Origin: an uncultured Francisella sp.
GTDB taxonomy: Bacteria > Pseudomonadota > Gammaproteobacteria > Thiomicrospirales > Thiomicrospiraceae
DNA: 64,000 bases
NCBI GenBank assembly: GCA_964646525.1
Contig: CAZYER010000001.1
Span: 14,719 to 78,718 of the forward strand
Reading direction: 5' to 3'
Shown here: piece after piece, positions 9,491 through 19,761 of the stretch
Layout of the letters: each line of letters begins with the position of its first letter
How positions within the stretch are numbered: the first letter of the stretch is position 1
Translations under genes and position numbers: made by a program
Notes under the pieces: generated by a model
Databases searched by the model: none
Told to the model about the DNA's origin: nothing
The model's input: only the letters and a program-made list of their open reading frames with translations

Positions 9491-10951
9491 TTACTTAGCA
9501 CTCATACGCTCAATAATTTTCGTGGTTGAATGTCCCTGCCAAAAATTCAGTACCCTCACTTCACCACCAGCATCCCAAACACAAGGAGCGCCCGCGATCT
9601 GCTCAGGGGTGTAGTCTCCCCCCTTCACTAACACATCGGGTTTAACCGCACAAATTAAAGCTTCAGGCGTTTCTTCGCTAAACTCAACCACCCAATCAAC
9701 ACTTTCTAAGGCAGCTAACATCTCCATGCGCTCCACCACGCCATTGACGGGGCGACTGTCACCTTTCAACGCTTTAACAGAAGCATCTGAATTAACCGCG
9801 ACCACTAAGCGATCACCCAAGGCTTTGGCTTCACGCAAATAACGAATATGCCCAGGGTGCAAAATATCAAAGCAGCCGTTAGTCATCACCACGCGCTCCC
9901 CCATTGCCTGTGCCTGCTTCACCCACTGCTGGAGAGACTGCCATGAATCAGCGACTGAGCCTATATGCGCAGCAGGATGCGTTGCTTGCTCCAATTCCGC
10001 TTGCGTTACAATCGAAGTACCCAACTTACGCACCACCAAACCCGATGCTTCATTGGCCAAACGCACTGCTGATGGTAAACTCATTCCCGAAGCAAAAGCG
10101 ACAGCCAAGGTTGCCATCGCCGTGTCACCCGCCCCCGTGACATCAAAGACTTCTTGCGCTTTGGTAGGAATATGTACTGGCTCATGACTTTGTTGTAGCA
10201 ACGTCATTCCCGCTTCACTACGCGTTACCAATAAGGCAGATAATCCTAACTCTTTCATCAACGCCTGACCACGCTCAGCAATGGCATCATCACTGCTCAC
10301 TTTACCCACAATGGCACAAAATTCTGACAAGTTGGGTTTAATCAGCGTAGCACCACGATAACGCGAAAAATCATTACCTTTGGGATCGACTAACACTGCC
10401 TTATTCATTTTTCGTGCAATTTCAATCATATCAGCCACTAATGCTAACGCACCTTTCGCGTAGTCAGAAATAACCAATACATCGTAATCAGCCAATGTCT
10501 GAGTCACCATTAACAACAGCTTCTCTGCTAAATGTGTTGGTGGCACCTCTTCAAAATCTAAACGAATAAGTTGCTGCTGACGACTTACAACACGCAGCTT
10601 TCGCACTGTCGGCATAAGCGAATCCCTAACCCAATGCGTTACAACGCCTGTATCAACAAGCAATTGATCTAGCGCATCTCCCGCCTCATCTTGACCAATA
10701 ATGCCTACCATACCCACCGCAGCAGCACCCAAGGCTTTAGCATTCATTGCCACGTTAGCAGCACCGCCCGCACGCGCCTGAATTTGTTGTACACGCACCA
10801 CAGGAACCGGTGCCTCTGGCGAAATACGCCCCGTATCGCCTGACCAATATTGATCCAGCATGACATCACCAACAACAAGTACCCGCGCACGTTCAAAATT
10901 CAGCACTTTAGCTATCCCTGATAATCCGTTAAAATGGTATTTTACCAACAT
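9491..10951 (-). CDS. hldE: Bifunctional D-beta-D-heptose 7-phosphate kinase / heptose 1-phosphate adenylyltransferase
   Basis: N-terminal ribokinase-like domain (DVTGAGDT) and C-terminal cytidylyltransferase domain (TNGCFDILHPGH). Confidence 0.92.
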   Translation of the reverse strand: MLVKYHFNGLSGIAKVLNFERARVLVVGDVMLDQYWSGDTGRISPEAPVPVVRVQQIQARAGGAANVAMNAKALGAAAVGMVGIIGQDEAGDALDQLLVDTGVVTHWVRDSLMPTVRKLRVVSRQQQLIRLDFEEVPPTHLAEKLLLMVTQTLADYDVLVISDYAKGALALVADMIEIARKMNKAVLVDPKGNDFSRYRGATLIKPNLSEFCAIVGKVSSDDAIAERGQALMKELGLSALLVTRSEAGMTLLQQSHEPVHIPTKAQEVFDVTGAGDTAMATLAVAFASGMSLPSAVRLANEASGLVVRKLGTSIVTQAELEQATHPAAHIGSVADSWQSLQQWVKQAQAMGERVVMTNGCFDILHPGHIRYLREAKALGDRLVVAVNSDASVKALKGDSRPVNGVVERMEMLAALESVDWVVEFSEETPEALICAVKPDVLVKGGDYTPEQIAGAPCVWDAGGEVRVLNFWQGHSTTKIIERMSAK

Positions 10952-10968
10952 TTAGTGGCTATTTGCGT

Positions 10969-11607
10969 ATGTCAAAATTATATCCTTCTTTACTCATGGC
11001 TGGTCTGGTTGCTGCTCAAGCTTCACAAATAGCTCAAGCCGACACTTCACTCGCGGTTTATAGCGTTGTTGCGGCGACAGCGGGTGCTGCCATCGCTGGC
11101 AGTCTTTACGGTAATAACCTATCGGATGTTGCTCGCTCAGGAGTCGGCAAACAACAGCTTAGTGTATTAGCGGGTAGTGATGCCGACGGTGATATGCACT
11201 CAGCTCGCTTAAATTACCGTGTTGAACCGAAAAAAACATTCTGGAAAACAAAAGACTTTGCTTTAAGCGCAAATGTGGAACTCAGCATCGGCCAATGGCA
11301 AGCAGATCGTAAATACAAAGATCGTTCACTGACAGATTTTGGCCTAACACCACTATTTAAAATTAAATCGCACGAAAACTCACCCTGGTATGCCGAAGTC
11401 GGCGTCGGAGTTCATTTACTGAGTCAAGTCTACATTAAAGATTACACTAAATCGACTCAGTTTCAATTTGGTGATCAATTTGGTTTAGGTTGGGAAAATC
11501 AACAGTTCCGTGTGGGTTATAAGTATTTACACGTTTCCAATGCCAATATCGAAATACCTAATCCTTCTACCGACTTCCATTTTGTTGAATTAGGTTATCG
11601 GTTTTAA
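10969..11607 (+). CDS. PagL-like lipid A deacylase / acyloxyacyl hydrolase outer-membrane protein
   Basis: Signal peptide, beta-barrel-like alternating pattern, an HVSN (His/Ser) motif near the C-terminus and a terminal aromatic residue. It sits in an LPS gene neighbourhood. Confidence 0.6.
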   Translation: MSKLYPSLLMAGLVAAQASQIAQADTSLAVYSVVAATAGAAIAGSLYGNNLSDVARSGVGKQQLSVLAGSDADGDMHSARLNYRVEPKKTFWKTKDFALSANVELSIGQWQADRKYKDRSLTDFGLTPLFKIKSHENSPWYAEVGVGVHLLSQVYIKDYTKSTQFQFGDQFGLGWENQQFRVGYKYLHVSNANIEIPNPSTDFHFVELGYRF

Positions 11608-11621
11608 CCGCAGCTTACGCA

Positions 11622-12902
11622 ATGCGATTATGGATATATCAACTCCTCATGTGGCTACTGTGGCCATTGTGGGTTTATTACAGCATTAAACGCTGTCGCC
11701 GTCAGAATAATGGTTGGCAGTGCTGGCAACAATTATGGACCATCCAATGCCCGCACTTTCAACAAGCACCGATTTGGATTCACGCTGTTTCCTTAGGTGA
11801 AACTCAGGCTGCTTTTATTCTGATTAAACAACTTCGTCTGGCTTATCCCATGCAGCCCATTTTTTTTACGGGCGGCAATAGTAGTGCTATTAATACGGCT
11901 AAACAAAAGGCGATAGACAACGTTAGTATTAGTTTCTTACCTTTAGATTATGCATGGCTGCGTCGGCGATTGTTTAATGCAATCAAACCAAAACTGTTAA
12001 TATTAATGGAAACCGAGTTTTGGCCTAACTTAATCAACACAGCACATCAGAAAAATATACCCCTAGTCATTATTCAGGCGAGATTATCCCAATCATCACG
12101 CAAGAACTACCCTAAATATGGTCAACCTTTATTACGTCAGTTGCTCGAACCCGTCACTTTTGTCGCTGCGCAAACACAGGTGGATGCCGAAGCACTTATC
12201 GAATTGGGCGTTCAAAGCCAACGCTGTCATTTATTAGGTAATATTAAATACGATTTAGCGCTTCCAGCTACACTCGCACAACAAAGTATTGCCCTGCAAA
12301 AGCGAATCGGTACTCGCTGGATTTGGACAGCCGCAAGTATCCATGCTGGCGAAGAGGTGCCGCTCATTCATACACATCAACAGCTCTCTTCGCTATCGGC
12401 TAACCCCTTGCTGATCCTCGTTCCTCGCCATCCTAATTATTTTGATACATTAGCTGATTATTTGGCCAAAATTCATATAACCTTTAAACGTTGGAGTGAA
12501 TGGTACGAAACAGATGCCGAATTAGAAGCATCAGTGCAGGTATTATTAGTCGATACACTAGGTCAATTAATGCCCTGTTATGATATTGCACAGGCTTGTT
12601 TTGTCGGTGGAAGTTTAGTTCCTTGGGGTGGACACAATCTACTTGAACCTGCCGCCTTAGCCAAACCCATCCTGACTGGACCCTATAACCATAATTTTAG
12701 TGAAATTGAACAGGGCTTGCTTTCAGTACAAGGACTAATCAAGGCAAAGGATGAAGTTGAACTCAGCAAAAGATTAATCTGGCTCTATCAAGATCCCGGA
12801 CAAGGTAAACAGATGGGACTTAACGCTCAGGTTTATTTTCAACAACAACAGGGAGCAACAAAAAAAATTATTACTGAACTAGAAAAATATATAGCAAAGT
12901 AA
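11622..12902 (+). CDS. waaA: 3-deoxy-D-manno-octulosonic acid (Kdo) transferase
   Basis: 426 aa with an N-terminal membrane anchor and a WIHAVSLGE motif, as in E. coli WaaA. Confidence 0.9.
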   Translation: MRLWIYQLLMWLLWPLWVYYSIKRCRRQNNGWQCWQQLWTIQCPHFQQAPIWIHAVSLGETQAAFILIKQLRLAYPMQPIFFTGGNSSAINTAKQKAIDNVSISFLPLDYAWLRRRLFNAIKPKLLILMETEFWPNLINTAHQKNIPLVIIQARLSQSSRKNYPKYGQPLLRQLLEPVTFVAAQTQVDAEALIELGVQSQRCHLLGNIKYDLALPATLAQQSIALQKRIGTRWIWTAASIHAGEEVPLIHTHQQLSSLSANPLLILVPRHPNYFDTLADYLAKIHITFKRWSEWYETDAELEASVQVLLVDTLGQLMPCYDIAQACFVGGSLVPWGGHNLLEPAALAKPILTGPYNHNFSEIEQGLLSVQGLIKAKDEVELSKRLIWLYQDPGQGKQMGLNAQVYFQQQQGATKKIITELEKYIAK

Positions 12903-12986
12903 AAAAAAGCTCGTTATAATTAAAAATATATAGCATATTATCTTATCGTGGCAAGCTTTATAAACCACCGTACAGTGAGAAACTTC

Positions 12987-13379
12987 ATGGCTAACATCGA
13001 TACTAAAATGCAAAAGATTCAACAAAAACTAGCGCAAATGCAAGCTGAGCTATTAGCGTTAGAAAACCAAAAAAAAGCATCACATGTGAGTAAAGAAACG
13101 CCTTGGGTTGATGATATTATTGATTTTATTCAAACATCACTCAACGAGAATCATCAAAAAAGCCCAGCCGCATTAATGAAAGTATTAATTGGCGAATTCG
13201 GAGCAGGTAAAACAACACGTGGCCCTCGTGAAAAATCGAGTAAACCAGTAACACCTAAATATCGCGATACGGCTCCTGGTAATGAAAGTAACGTTTGGTC
13301 GGGTCGTGGTTTACCACCCTTATGGATTAAACGTTATGAAGCTGTTGGACGCAGTCGTGATGAGTTTTTGATTAAATAA
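12987..13379 (+). CDS. H-NS family nucleoid-associated protein
   Basis: N-terminal coiled coil and a C-terminal DNA-binding motif (WSGRGLPPLWIK ... DEFLI). The upstream region is AT-rich. Confidence 0.75.
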   Translation: MANIDTKMQKIQQKLAQMQAELLALENQKKASHVSKETPWVDDIIDFIQTSLNENHQKSPAALMKVLIGEFGAGKTTRGPREKSSKPVTPKYRDTAPGNESNVWSGRGLPPLWIKRYEAVGRSRDEFLIK

Positions 13380-13410
13380 TTAATGCTCTTAATGTGCTTC
13401 TAAACAGATT

Positions 13411-13440
13411 AAAAGGTCGTGAAAACGACCTTTTTTATTT
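13411..13440. terminator. Rho-independent terminator shared by convergent genes
   Basis: AAAAGGTCG-TGAAAA-CGACCTTTTTT: a 9-bp stem flanked by an A-run and a T-run. Confidence 0.65.
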
Positions 13441-13459
13441 CACGCTCACTCGTTTAACC

Positions 13460-16312
13460 CTATAAATTTAAAGCCTCTGCGAAAACCAACGCAGGATGTA
13501 TGCCTTTTCGAGTGGATAAATCGTGCATTTGTTGCTGACAACTGCTACCAGCAGCCACGATTTTGGTCGTCTTATCTTGCCGAGCAATGTTAGGTAATAA
13601 CTGCTTTTGCGCTATTTTGAAGGACAATTCGGGGTGCTGATAACCAAAACTCCCTGCCATACCACAACAGCCATCGCTTAGCGATTGCACTGACACCCCA
13701 ATCAACGCGAAGGCTTGTTGCGTTTTAGCGAAACCCACCAAACTCCGCTGATGACAATGCACTTGTACGGCAACTGGTTGGTCATAATGCGACCATTGCC
13801 AGTTAGCAATACTTGGCGTTAACGACAACATCGCTTCTTCAAACACAAAGCATTTAGACTGCCAATCGCTCAAACGTGTTTTGTCCGCACCTGATAACAA
13901 GACCAGGCCATCATCACGCCACACCAAGAGTTCAGCAGGTTCGATGCCGATGATCGCTTGTGCTTCATCACATAAATCGCCATGTTCAGCAATAACACTC
14001 GCCAATAGGTGTTTGGCTTCAGCTAAATACCCATGACTAATCAGCAAACGGGGCGACTCTTTTAACCAAATGGGCTCGACTGCATAGCCCATGTGTTGCA
14101 AAATGCGAATGGTTGCCTGAGTTTGTTGCGGATGCAACCAACGACTGTAAATATCCACCAACACCACCAAGGTGTTCTCGGATGATGGGTTCAAGCGCTT
14201 GCCTTGCTGAAGCCACCATTGTTGCGCATCCTGACCGTCCGCTAGGGGTAATTTGCGTTGAGACCATAACAGAGTATTCATCCCTTTAACAAAAAAGCGC
14301 CCTTTATTTAACAGCGGCAATATTCGATGATAATGGCGCAACAAGCGATCCAGTAATCTACCTGCTCCCGCTTGTCGTTGTTGGTAAAGCACTTCTGATT
14401 TCAATCGGCTCATATCCACACTCGCAGGGCATTCTGACTTACAGGCTTTACAAGATAAACAACTGGCTAAAGCATCGGCAAGCTGTTGCCCAGACAAAGC
14501 TTGTTGCGGATCGCTCGATTGCAAGGCAAAACGCAATAAGTTAGCGCGACCACGTGTTGAATGTTCATCATCTTGTGTCGCCTGAAAAGAAGGACACATA
14601 GCCCCCACCGACTGACGACACGCCCCAGCTCCATTACACTTTTCAACACTAGCACCAAAACCTGCTTCCGAGGACCAATCAAATCCCGTTGCCAGCGCCA
14701 CATCCGCCACCGACTGTCTCCAATCGCTATCAATCGGTAATTGAGAAATAATGCGGTTTGGATTGAATAAACCATTAGGATCAAATGCACGCTTTAGCTC
14801 AACACAATAGCCATAAACCTTATCGCCTAGCTGCTCGCGTAAAAAAGGTCCGCGCAAACGACCATCACCGTGCTCACCTGAAAGTGCGCCTTTGTAGTGT
14901 TTCACCAAAGCGGATACCCGTTGCGCAATCTGAACGAACCGATGCTTGTCCTCTGTCAGGGTTAAGTCTAATTCAGGGCGCAAATGTATAAGTCCTACCG
15001 AAGCATGACCGTAATAAATGCAATTCACAGACAATTCAGCCATCAGCGCTCGAATATCACGCATAAACGCACTAAGAAAAGTGACTGGAACAGCGGCATC
15101 TTCAATCACTGCCACCGCTTTGCGCTTACCCACCTTGCCCATTAACAAACCCAGTCCTGCTTTACGCACCTGCCAAACGGCGGTCATATCCCCCGCACGT
15201 AATGAGCGCACATCGTAAGCATGCGACAAACTGCTTGCCAGCGTCATCGTGGTCTCTATTTTCTCGCTCAATTCTGTTTCGTTGTCAGCCGCTAATTCAA
15301 CCACCTGAACAGCTTCTGGCTCGCCCGCTAACCAAAAACGGAAACGCTCAAACCCCGCATGACCTTTACTACCAGCCATGGTCGGTGCGTCAATTAATTC
15401 GACCGCAATGGGTTTAACGCTGAGCAAACTCGGGGTTGCATCTAAAGCGGCAAAGACATCATCGAACTGTACCACTACCAAGGCACGATGCGACGGCAAA
15501 GGCTGTAACCGAAAAGTTACAGCGCTTACCAGTGCTAAGGTGCCTTCTGAACCACAGATTAACGGCGCTAGATTAGCCTTGCCACCTTGAACTTGCCAAC
15601 GAGATTGCTGCGCCATCACATCCAACGCATAGCCAGTATTACGACGGATGATACTGGCATCAGGATAAGCTTGAGACAATTCCGCTTTGTCATGCTGACA
15701 GATGTCATCCACACAGCGGTAAATAACACTTTCAATGTCATTTTGAGACAACTTATGCGTAAATTCAGCTTCCGTTAACTCAGCAAACCTAACCAACTGA
15801 GCATCGCTTAATACAGCATCTACCGCAACAATTTGGTCGCGTGGAGTACCATAAGCGACAGAATAGGCGCCGCAGGAGTTATTGCCCACTACTCCGCCAA
15901 TGACACAACGGTTAGCGGTTGAGGTATCTAAGGCAAGCCATAGCCCATGCGTTTTCAAATGCGCGTTCAACTCATCCAACACCACACCTGGCTCAACTGT
16001 CACCGTTCGACCTTTAAGGTCTAGTGCTAGGATGCGATTCAGGTAGCGCGTGGTATCGACAATAACACCATCACCAATGGCTTGACCAGCCAAGGAAGTT
16101 CCCGCTCCGCGCATGGTTATCGACAAACCCTGCTGCGCTGCCAATTGCACAAGCAGCTGCAAATCACGCACATTTGTTGGCCAACAGATGAGCTGAGGAA
16201 GTTGCTCAAAGACAGAAGCGTCAGTAGCATAACGCTGACGCGCACCTAAACTGGCATCAACATCGCCTTTAAAACCCAGCTCGCGTAATAAAGCAAGCCA
16301 ATTAGTTTGCAT
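13460..16312 (-). CDS. FAD-binding and Fe-S-binding oxidoreductase (GlcD-GlcF fusion, YdiJ-like)
   Basis: About 950 aa with an N-terminal FAD/PCMH oxidase domain. It carries Cys clusters CNGAGACRQSVGAMCP and CLSCKACKSECP and a C-terminal Cys-rich (CCG-like) region. Confidence 0.8.
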   Translation of the reverse strand: MQTNWLALLRELGFKGDVDASLGARQRYATDASVFEQLPQLICWPTNVRDLQLLVQLAAQQGLSITMRGAGTSLAGQAIGDGVIVDTTRYLNRILALDLKGRTVTVEPGVVLDELNAHLKTHGLWLALDTSTANRCVIGGVVGNNSCGAYSVAYGTPRDQIVAVDAVLSDAQLVRFAELTEAEFTHKLSQNDIESVIYRCVDDICQHDKAELSQAYPDASIIRRNTGYALDVMAQQSRWQVQGGKANLAPLICGSEGTLALVSAVTFRLQPLPSHRALVVVQFDDVFAALDATPSLLSVKPIAVELIDAPTMAGSKGHAGFERFRFWLAGEPEAVQVVELAADNETELSEKIETTMTLASSLSHAYDVRSLRAGDMTAVWQVRKAGLGLLMGKVGKRKAVAVIEDAAVPVTFLSAFMRDIRALMAELSVNCIYYGHASVGLIHLRPELDLTLTEDKHRFVQIAQRVSALVKHYKGALSGEHGDGRLRGPFLREQLGDKVYGYCVELKRAFDPNGLFNPNRIISQLPIDSDWRQSVADVALATGFDWSSEAGFGASVEKCNGAGACRQSVGAMCPSFQATQDDEHSTRGRANLLRFALQSSDPQQALSGQQLADALASCLSCKACKSECPASVDMSRLKSEVLYQQRQAGAGRLLDRLLRHYHRILPLLNKGRFFVKGMNTLLWSQRKLPLADGQDAQQWWLQQGKRLNPSSENTLVVLVDIYSRWLHPQQTQATIRILQHMGYAVEPIWLKESPRLLISHGYLAEAKHLLASVIAEHGDLCDEAQAIIGIEPAELLVWRDDGLVLLSGADKTRLSDWQSKCFVFEEAMLSLTPSIANWQWSHYDQPVAVQVHCHQRSLVGFAKTQQAFALIGVSVQSLSDGCCGMAGSFGYQHPELSFKIAQKQLLPNIARQDKTTKIVAAGSSCQQQMHDLSTRKGIHPALVFAEALNL

Positions 16313-17345
16313 GACAACCTGCATCTAACAAATTTTGAATGGTCTCACTCACGCGTTGCACCGACATATCCTTTTCGTAACAAGGCGGTATCAACTGTTG
16401 ATCCGTTAACTCAATGCAACGCTCTCGCATACAAGGCGCACAAGGAAATTTAGCCTGTAACACCTTGGCTTTAGGACCAATCACGCCCGTTAAACCCGGT
16501 TCAGTCGCGCCATAAATGGCCACAACGGGACGATGTAAAGCAGCCGCTAAATGTGTTAGTCCCGTATCCACACCCACCACACATTCAGCGCCAGCCAGCA
16601 CTCGCGTCATCGCAGCCAAGTCTAGTTTAGGGAGTACTTCAACGTGTTGCGTTAATCTAGCCAAACGCTCCGCTCTTTCGCGCTCCTCGTCATTACCCCA
16701 AGGCAGTAATACTAGGCGCTGCTGTTGCCGTGCAAATAAAATCAGTGCTTGCCAATAGGCTTCTGGCCAGTGCTTGCTCTCCCAAGTGGTGGCATGAGCA
16801 AAGACCCAATAGTTAGGCTGCTCCGAAGAAATGGCTCGCAATTTTGGCGCAATATGAAAATCAGTTTCATCCATATTCGGCAACGGGTAAGCTAATGCTC
16901 TGGCAAATAACTCGCGTACTCGTGTAATAGCGTGCTGTCCCCAAGCAACCGAATGAGTGACCTGATAGAAATGACTGGCTAAGGGTTCCCGTGCGCTGTC
17001 TGATGCCAAACCGTGAATAGGCGCATGCACAAAACGCGTCCAAATCGCACTTTTTAACAGTCCTTGCGCATCAATCACCAAGTCATAGCGTTTCGATTGT
17101 AAACGACGACGCAAGGAAGCCAATTCACGCCAGCTATCCAGTGAAAAAAGTCGTTTACGTAAGCGACGCCAAGGTAAGGCAATGACTTCATCCACAGCGG
17201 GATGCAATAGGGGAAGATCAACAAAGGTCTCTTCAACCAACCAATCGAAACGAATATCAGGAATCGCTCTGACTGCATCGGTTAAGGCAGGATAGGTATG
17301 GATGATATCGCCGAGTGACGATGTTTTAATAATCAGAACGCGCAT
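16302..17345 (-). CDS. waaC: Lipopolysaccharide heptosyltransferase I
   Basis: MRVLIIKTSSLGDIIHTYPALTD closely matches the E. coli WaaC N-terminus. It has a GT9 fold with GVDTGLTHLAAAL. Confidence 0.85.
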   Translation of the reverse strand: MRVLIIKTSSLGDIIHTYPALTDAVRAIPDIRFDWLVEETFVDLPLLHPAVDEVIALPWRRLRKRLFSLDSWRELASLRRRLQSKRYDLVIDAQGLLKSAIWTRFVHAPIHGLASDSAREPLASHFYQVTHSVAWGQHAITRVRELFARALAYPLPNMDETDFHIAPKLRAISSEQPNYWVFAHATTWESKHWPEAYWQALILFARQQQRLVLLPWGNDEERERAERLARLTQHVEVLPKLDLAAMTRVLAGAECVVGVDTGLTHLAAALHRPVVAIYGATEPGLTGVIGPKAKVLQAKFPCAPCMRERCIELTDQQLIPPCYEKDMSVQRVSETIQNLLDAGCHAN

Positions 17346-17491
17346 AAACTCAGCAATAACTTATAAAAACAGCTTGCCATTTTACCAGTGTAACGCATGA
17401 TGATGAATGCTAATTTTAATAAAAATCAACAATACTGAGAACTAAATGAAGAAATATTGAGATAAGTTACTTCAGAAACGAAGTATCTATT

Positions 17492-17567
17492 TGGAGCGGG
17501 ATAAGAGACTCGAACTCTCGACCCTAACCTTGGCAAGGTTATGCTCTACCAACTGAGCTAATCCCGC
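17492..17567 (-). tRNA. tRNA-Gly (GCC), copy 1
   Basis: The reverse complement, GCGGGATTAGCTCAGTTGGTAGAGCATAACCTTGCCAAGGTTAGGGTCGAGAGTTCGAGTCTCTTATCCCGCTCCA, folds as a cloverleaf with a TTGCCAA anticodon loop and encoded CCA. Confidence 0.97.
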
Positions 17568-17571
17568 TTTA

Positions 17572-17647
17572 TGGCGTCCCCACGGGGATTCGAACCCCGG
17601 TTACCGCCGTGAAAGGGCGATGTCCTAGGCCTCTAGACGATGGGGAC
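17572..17647 (-). tRNA. tRNA-Glu (UUC), copy 1
   Basis: The reverse complement, GTCCCCATCGTCTAGAGGCCTAGGACATCGCCCTTTCACGGCGG...GGGGACGCCA, is near-identical in architecture to E. coli tRNA-Glu. Confidence 0.97.
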
Positions 17648-17668
17648 CTAGATTTTCAACCTAAAACT

Positions 17669-17696
17669 CTTATAAAAAACGACCTAACTTCGTCAA
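17669..17696 (-). promoter_or_regulatory. Putative sigma70 promoter for the downstream tRNA-Glu/Gly pair (TTGACG-N16-TATAAG)
   Basis: Read on the minus strand, with the -10 about 20 nt upstream of the tRNA-Glu 5' end. A short hairpin plus T-run (CTTACATGAGTAAG TGCTTTTT) precedes it in the spacer. Confidence 0.45.
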
Positions 17697-17821
17697 AACC
17701 TTACTCAAAAAGCACTTACTCATGTAAGCTTACTTTTTTGCGTGAGCTTTTTCCTTGTCAACTCAATTTTTCTAAGCTTTTAGCTTAAAAATTAAATTCA
17801 CTTTATACTTGTGAAAAGTTT

Positions 17822-17897
17822 TGGAGCGGGATAAGAGACTCGAACTCTCGACCCTAACCTTGGCAAGGTTATGCTCTACCAACTGAGCTAATCCCGC
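17822..17897 (-). tRNA. tRNA-Gly (GCC), copy 2
   Basis: Identical to 17492-17567. Confidence 0.97.
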
Positions 17898-17901
17898 TTT
17901 A

Positions 17902-17977
17902 TGGCGTCCCCACGGGGATTCGAACCCCGGTTACCGCCGTGAAAGGGCGATGTCCTAGGCCTCTAGACGATGGGGAC
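17902..17977 (-). tRNA. tRNA-Glu (UUC), copy 2
   Basis: Identical to 17572-17647. Confidence 0.97.
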
Positions 17978-18034
17978 ATGCTAGTCATTATTCAGCTTGT
18001 GACCGTTTAATGAATTTTTTATCTTAGGCACTCT

Positions 18035-18110
<76 letters not shown>

Positions 18111-18123
18111 TAAGATTTTTCAA

Positions 18124-18152
18124 ATTATAGAGACTAAGCCCAGTACTGTCAA
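18124..18152 (-). promoter_or_regulatory. Consensus sigma70 promoter of the tRNA Ala-Glu-Gly operon (TTGACA-N17-TATAAT)
   Basis: The minus strand reads CTTGACAGTACTGGGCTTAGTCTCTATAATTTG. Both hexamers match consensus exactly with a 17-bp spacer, and the -10 ends 13 nt upstream of the tRNA-Ala 5' end. Confidence 0.7.
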
Positions 18153-18178
18153 GTTGAATCGCGTAAAAAGCGACAATT

Positions 18179-19576
18179 TTATGACAGTTGCTCAATTACC
18201 GTGGTTAAACGACGTACCACAGTGGTTTTACCCAACACATGTGCCACAGAATCAATCGCTGGTGACTGACCCGAACCCGTTAATGCCAAACGAAACGGCA
18301 TACCCACCTGACCCATTTTCACGCCATTCGCTTTACCCGCTTCGACCATAGCATGGTGAATGACTTCAACACTCCACTCTTCAGCATTGGCTAATAATTC
18401 TCGCAAACTCACTAAAACGCCTTTAGCTGTCGGTGTTTTCCAGTGTTTTTCAACCATCTCAGCATCAAAACTGGTCGGATCCGCATAGAAATAATGTGCC
18501 TGCAATGCCAGTTCGCCCAATGTTTTGGCACGTTCTTTCAATAAATCACACACCGTAGGCAATTCAGGCCCGACATCTAAATCAATACCTGCAATCGCTA
18601 AATGAGGCGCAACATGCGGCGCCAAAGTTAAACCGCCATGCATTTGAATATGCTGTTGATTGGTCCACAGGCACTTATCGGCATCAAATTTACCAGGAGC
18701 GCCATTAATATGCCCCAAGTCGAAATACTGAATCAACTCTTCACGACTAAAAATCTCTTGGTCACCGTGTGACCAACCTAGTCGCGCCAAATAATTGAGC
18801 AAGCCATCTGGTAAATAACCCGCTTCTTTGTACTGCAATACACTCACCGCACCATGACGTTTAGAAAGACGTTGCCCATCTTCACCCAATACCATCGGCA
18901 AATGCGCATACACTGGTGGTTCAACGCCCAAGGCTTTGAGCATATTAATTTGACGAGGTGTATTGTTTAAGTGATCATCGCCACGGATGACATGGGTAAT
19001 ATTCATTTCCCAATCATCAACCACCACGGTAAAGTTGTAAGTGGGTGAGCCATCTGAGCGTTGAATGATTAAATCGTCCAGCTCACTATTCTGTACCACG
19101 ACACGACCTTTGACCATGTCGTTAATGACCACTTCACCGTCTAACGGGTTTTTGAAACGCACCACTGGTTTAATGCCTTCTGGTGGCGTACCAGTGAAGT
19201 CACGGTAGCGCCCATCATAACGCGGCTTTTCTTTACGAGCCATTTGCTGCTCACGCAGTTCATCTAATTCCGCTTGTGAAGCATAACAGTAATAAGCCTT
19301 ACCTTCCGCTAACCACTGTTGGATAATCTCGTTATAGCGTTCAAAACGTTGTGTTTGGTAAAAAGGACCTTCATCATAATCCAGATTTAACCACGCCATA
19401 CCCTGCAAAATCGCATCAACAGACTCAGGTGTGGAACGTTCTAAATCCGTATCTTCAATGCGAAGGATAAATTGACCGCCATGTTTACGCGCATATAACC
19501 ATGAAAATAACGCAGTACGCGCCCCACCAATGTGTAAATAGCCTGTTGGGCTAGGCGCAAAACGAGTACGAACCAA
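18179..19576 (-). CDS. gltX: Glutamate--tRNA ligase
   Basis: 465 aa with a class I HIGH-type motif ([13 protein letters not shown]) and a KMSKS-type motif (RLSKRHG). Confidence 0.95.
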   Translation of the reverse strand: MVRTRFAPSPTGYLHIGGARTALFSWLYARKHGGQFILRIEDTDLERSTPESVDAILQGMAWLNLDYDEGPFYQTQRFERYNEIIQQWLAEGKAYYCYASQAELDELREQQMARKEKPRYDGRYRDFTGTPPEGIKPVVRFKNPLDGEVVINDMVKGRVVVQNSELDDLIIQRSDGSPTYNFTVVVDDWEMNITHVIRGDDHLNNTPRQINMLKALGVEPPVYAHLPMVLGEDGQRLSKRHGAVSVLQYKEAGYLPDGLLNYLARLGWSHGDQEIFSREELIQYFDLGHINGAPGKFDADKCLWTNQQHIQMHGGLTLAPHVAPHLAIAGIDLDVGPELPTVCDLLKERAKTLGELALQAHYFYADPTSFDAEMVEKHWKTPTAKGVLVSLRELLANAEEWSVEVIHHAMVEAGKANGVKMGQVGMPFRLALTGSGQSPAIDSVAHVLGKTTVVRRLTTVIEQLS

Positions 19577-19761
19577 AATGTTTCTCCTTCATGCAAACGA
19601 CAAATGTGTTTTCATTATAATCGACTCAACATAGGACGCGTAACCGTGAGTGACAATCAAAGCAAAAAAAACTGAGTTGGCGTAAAATACCAAGCTGTAT
19701 TTTATGATGCTAACGCAGGGCTAAATTGATCCTAGCGCAAACCAGCAAGGAATTGGATGCG

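Larger units (their letters stand above)
17490..17977 (-). repeat. Tandem duplication of a 158-bp tRNA-Gly/tRNA-Glu unit
   Basis: 17490-17647 is identical base for base to 17820-17977. The copies are separated by a 172-bp unique AT-rich spacer. Confidence 0.95.

Noticed and set aside
17490-17977. Repeat-spacer-repeat pattern that could be mistaken for a CRISPR-like array
   Set aside because: The repeats are complete tRNA-Gly plus tRNA-Glu genes (158 bp), there are only two copies, and no cas genes are present.
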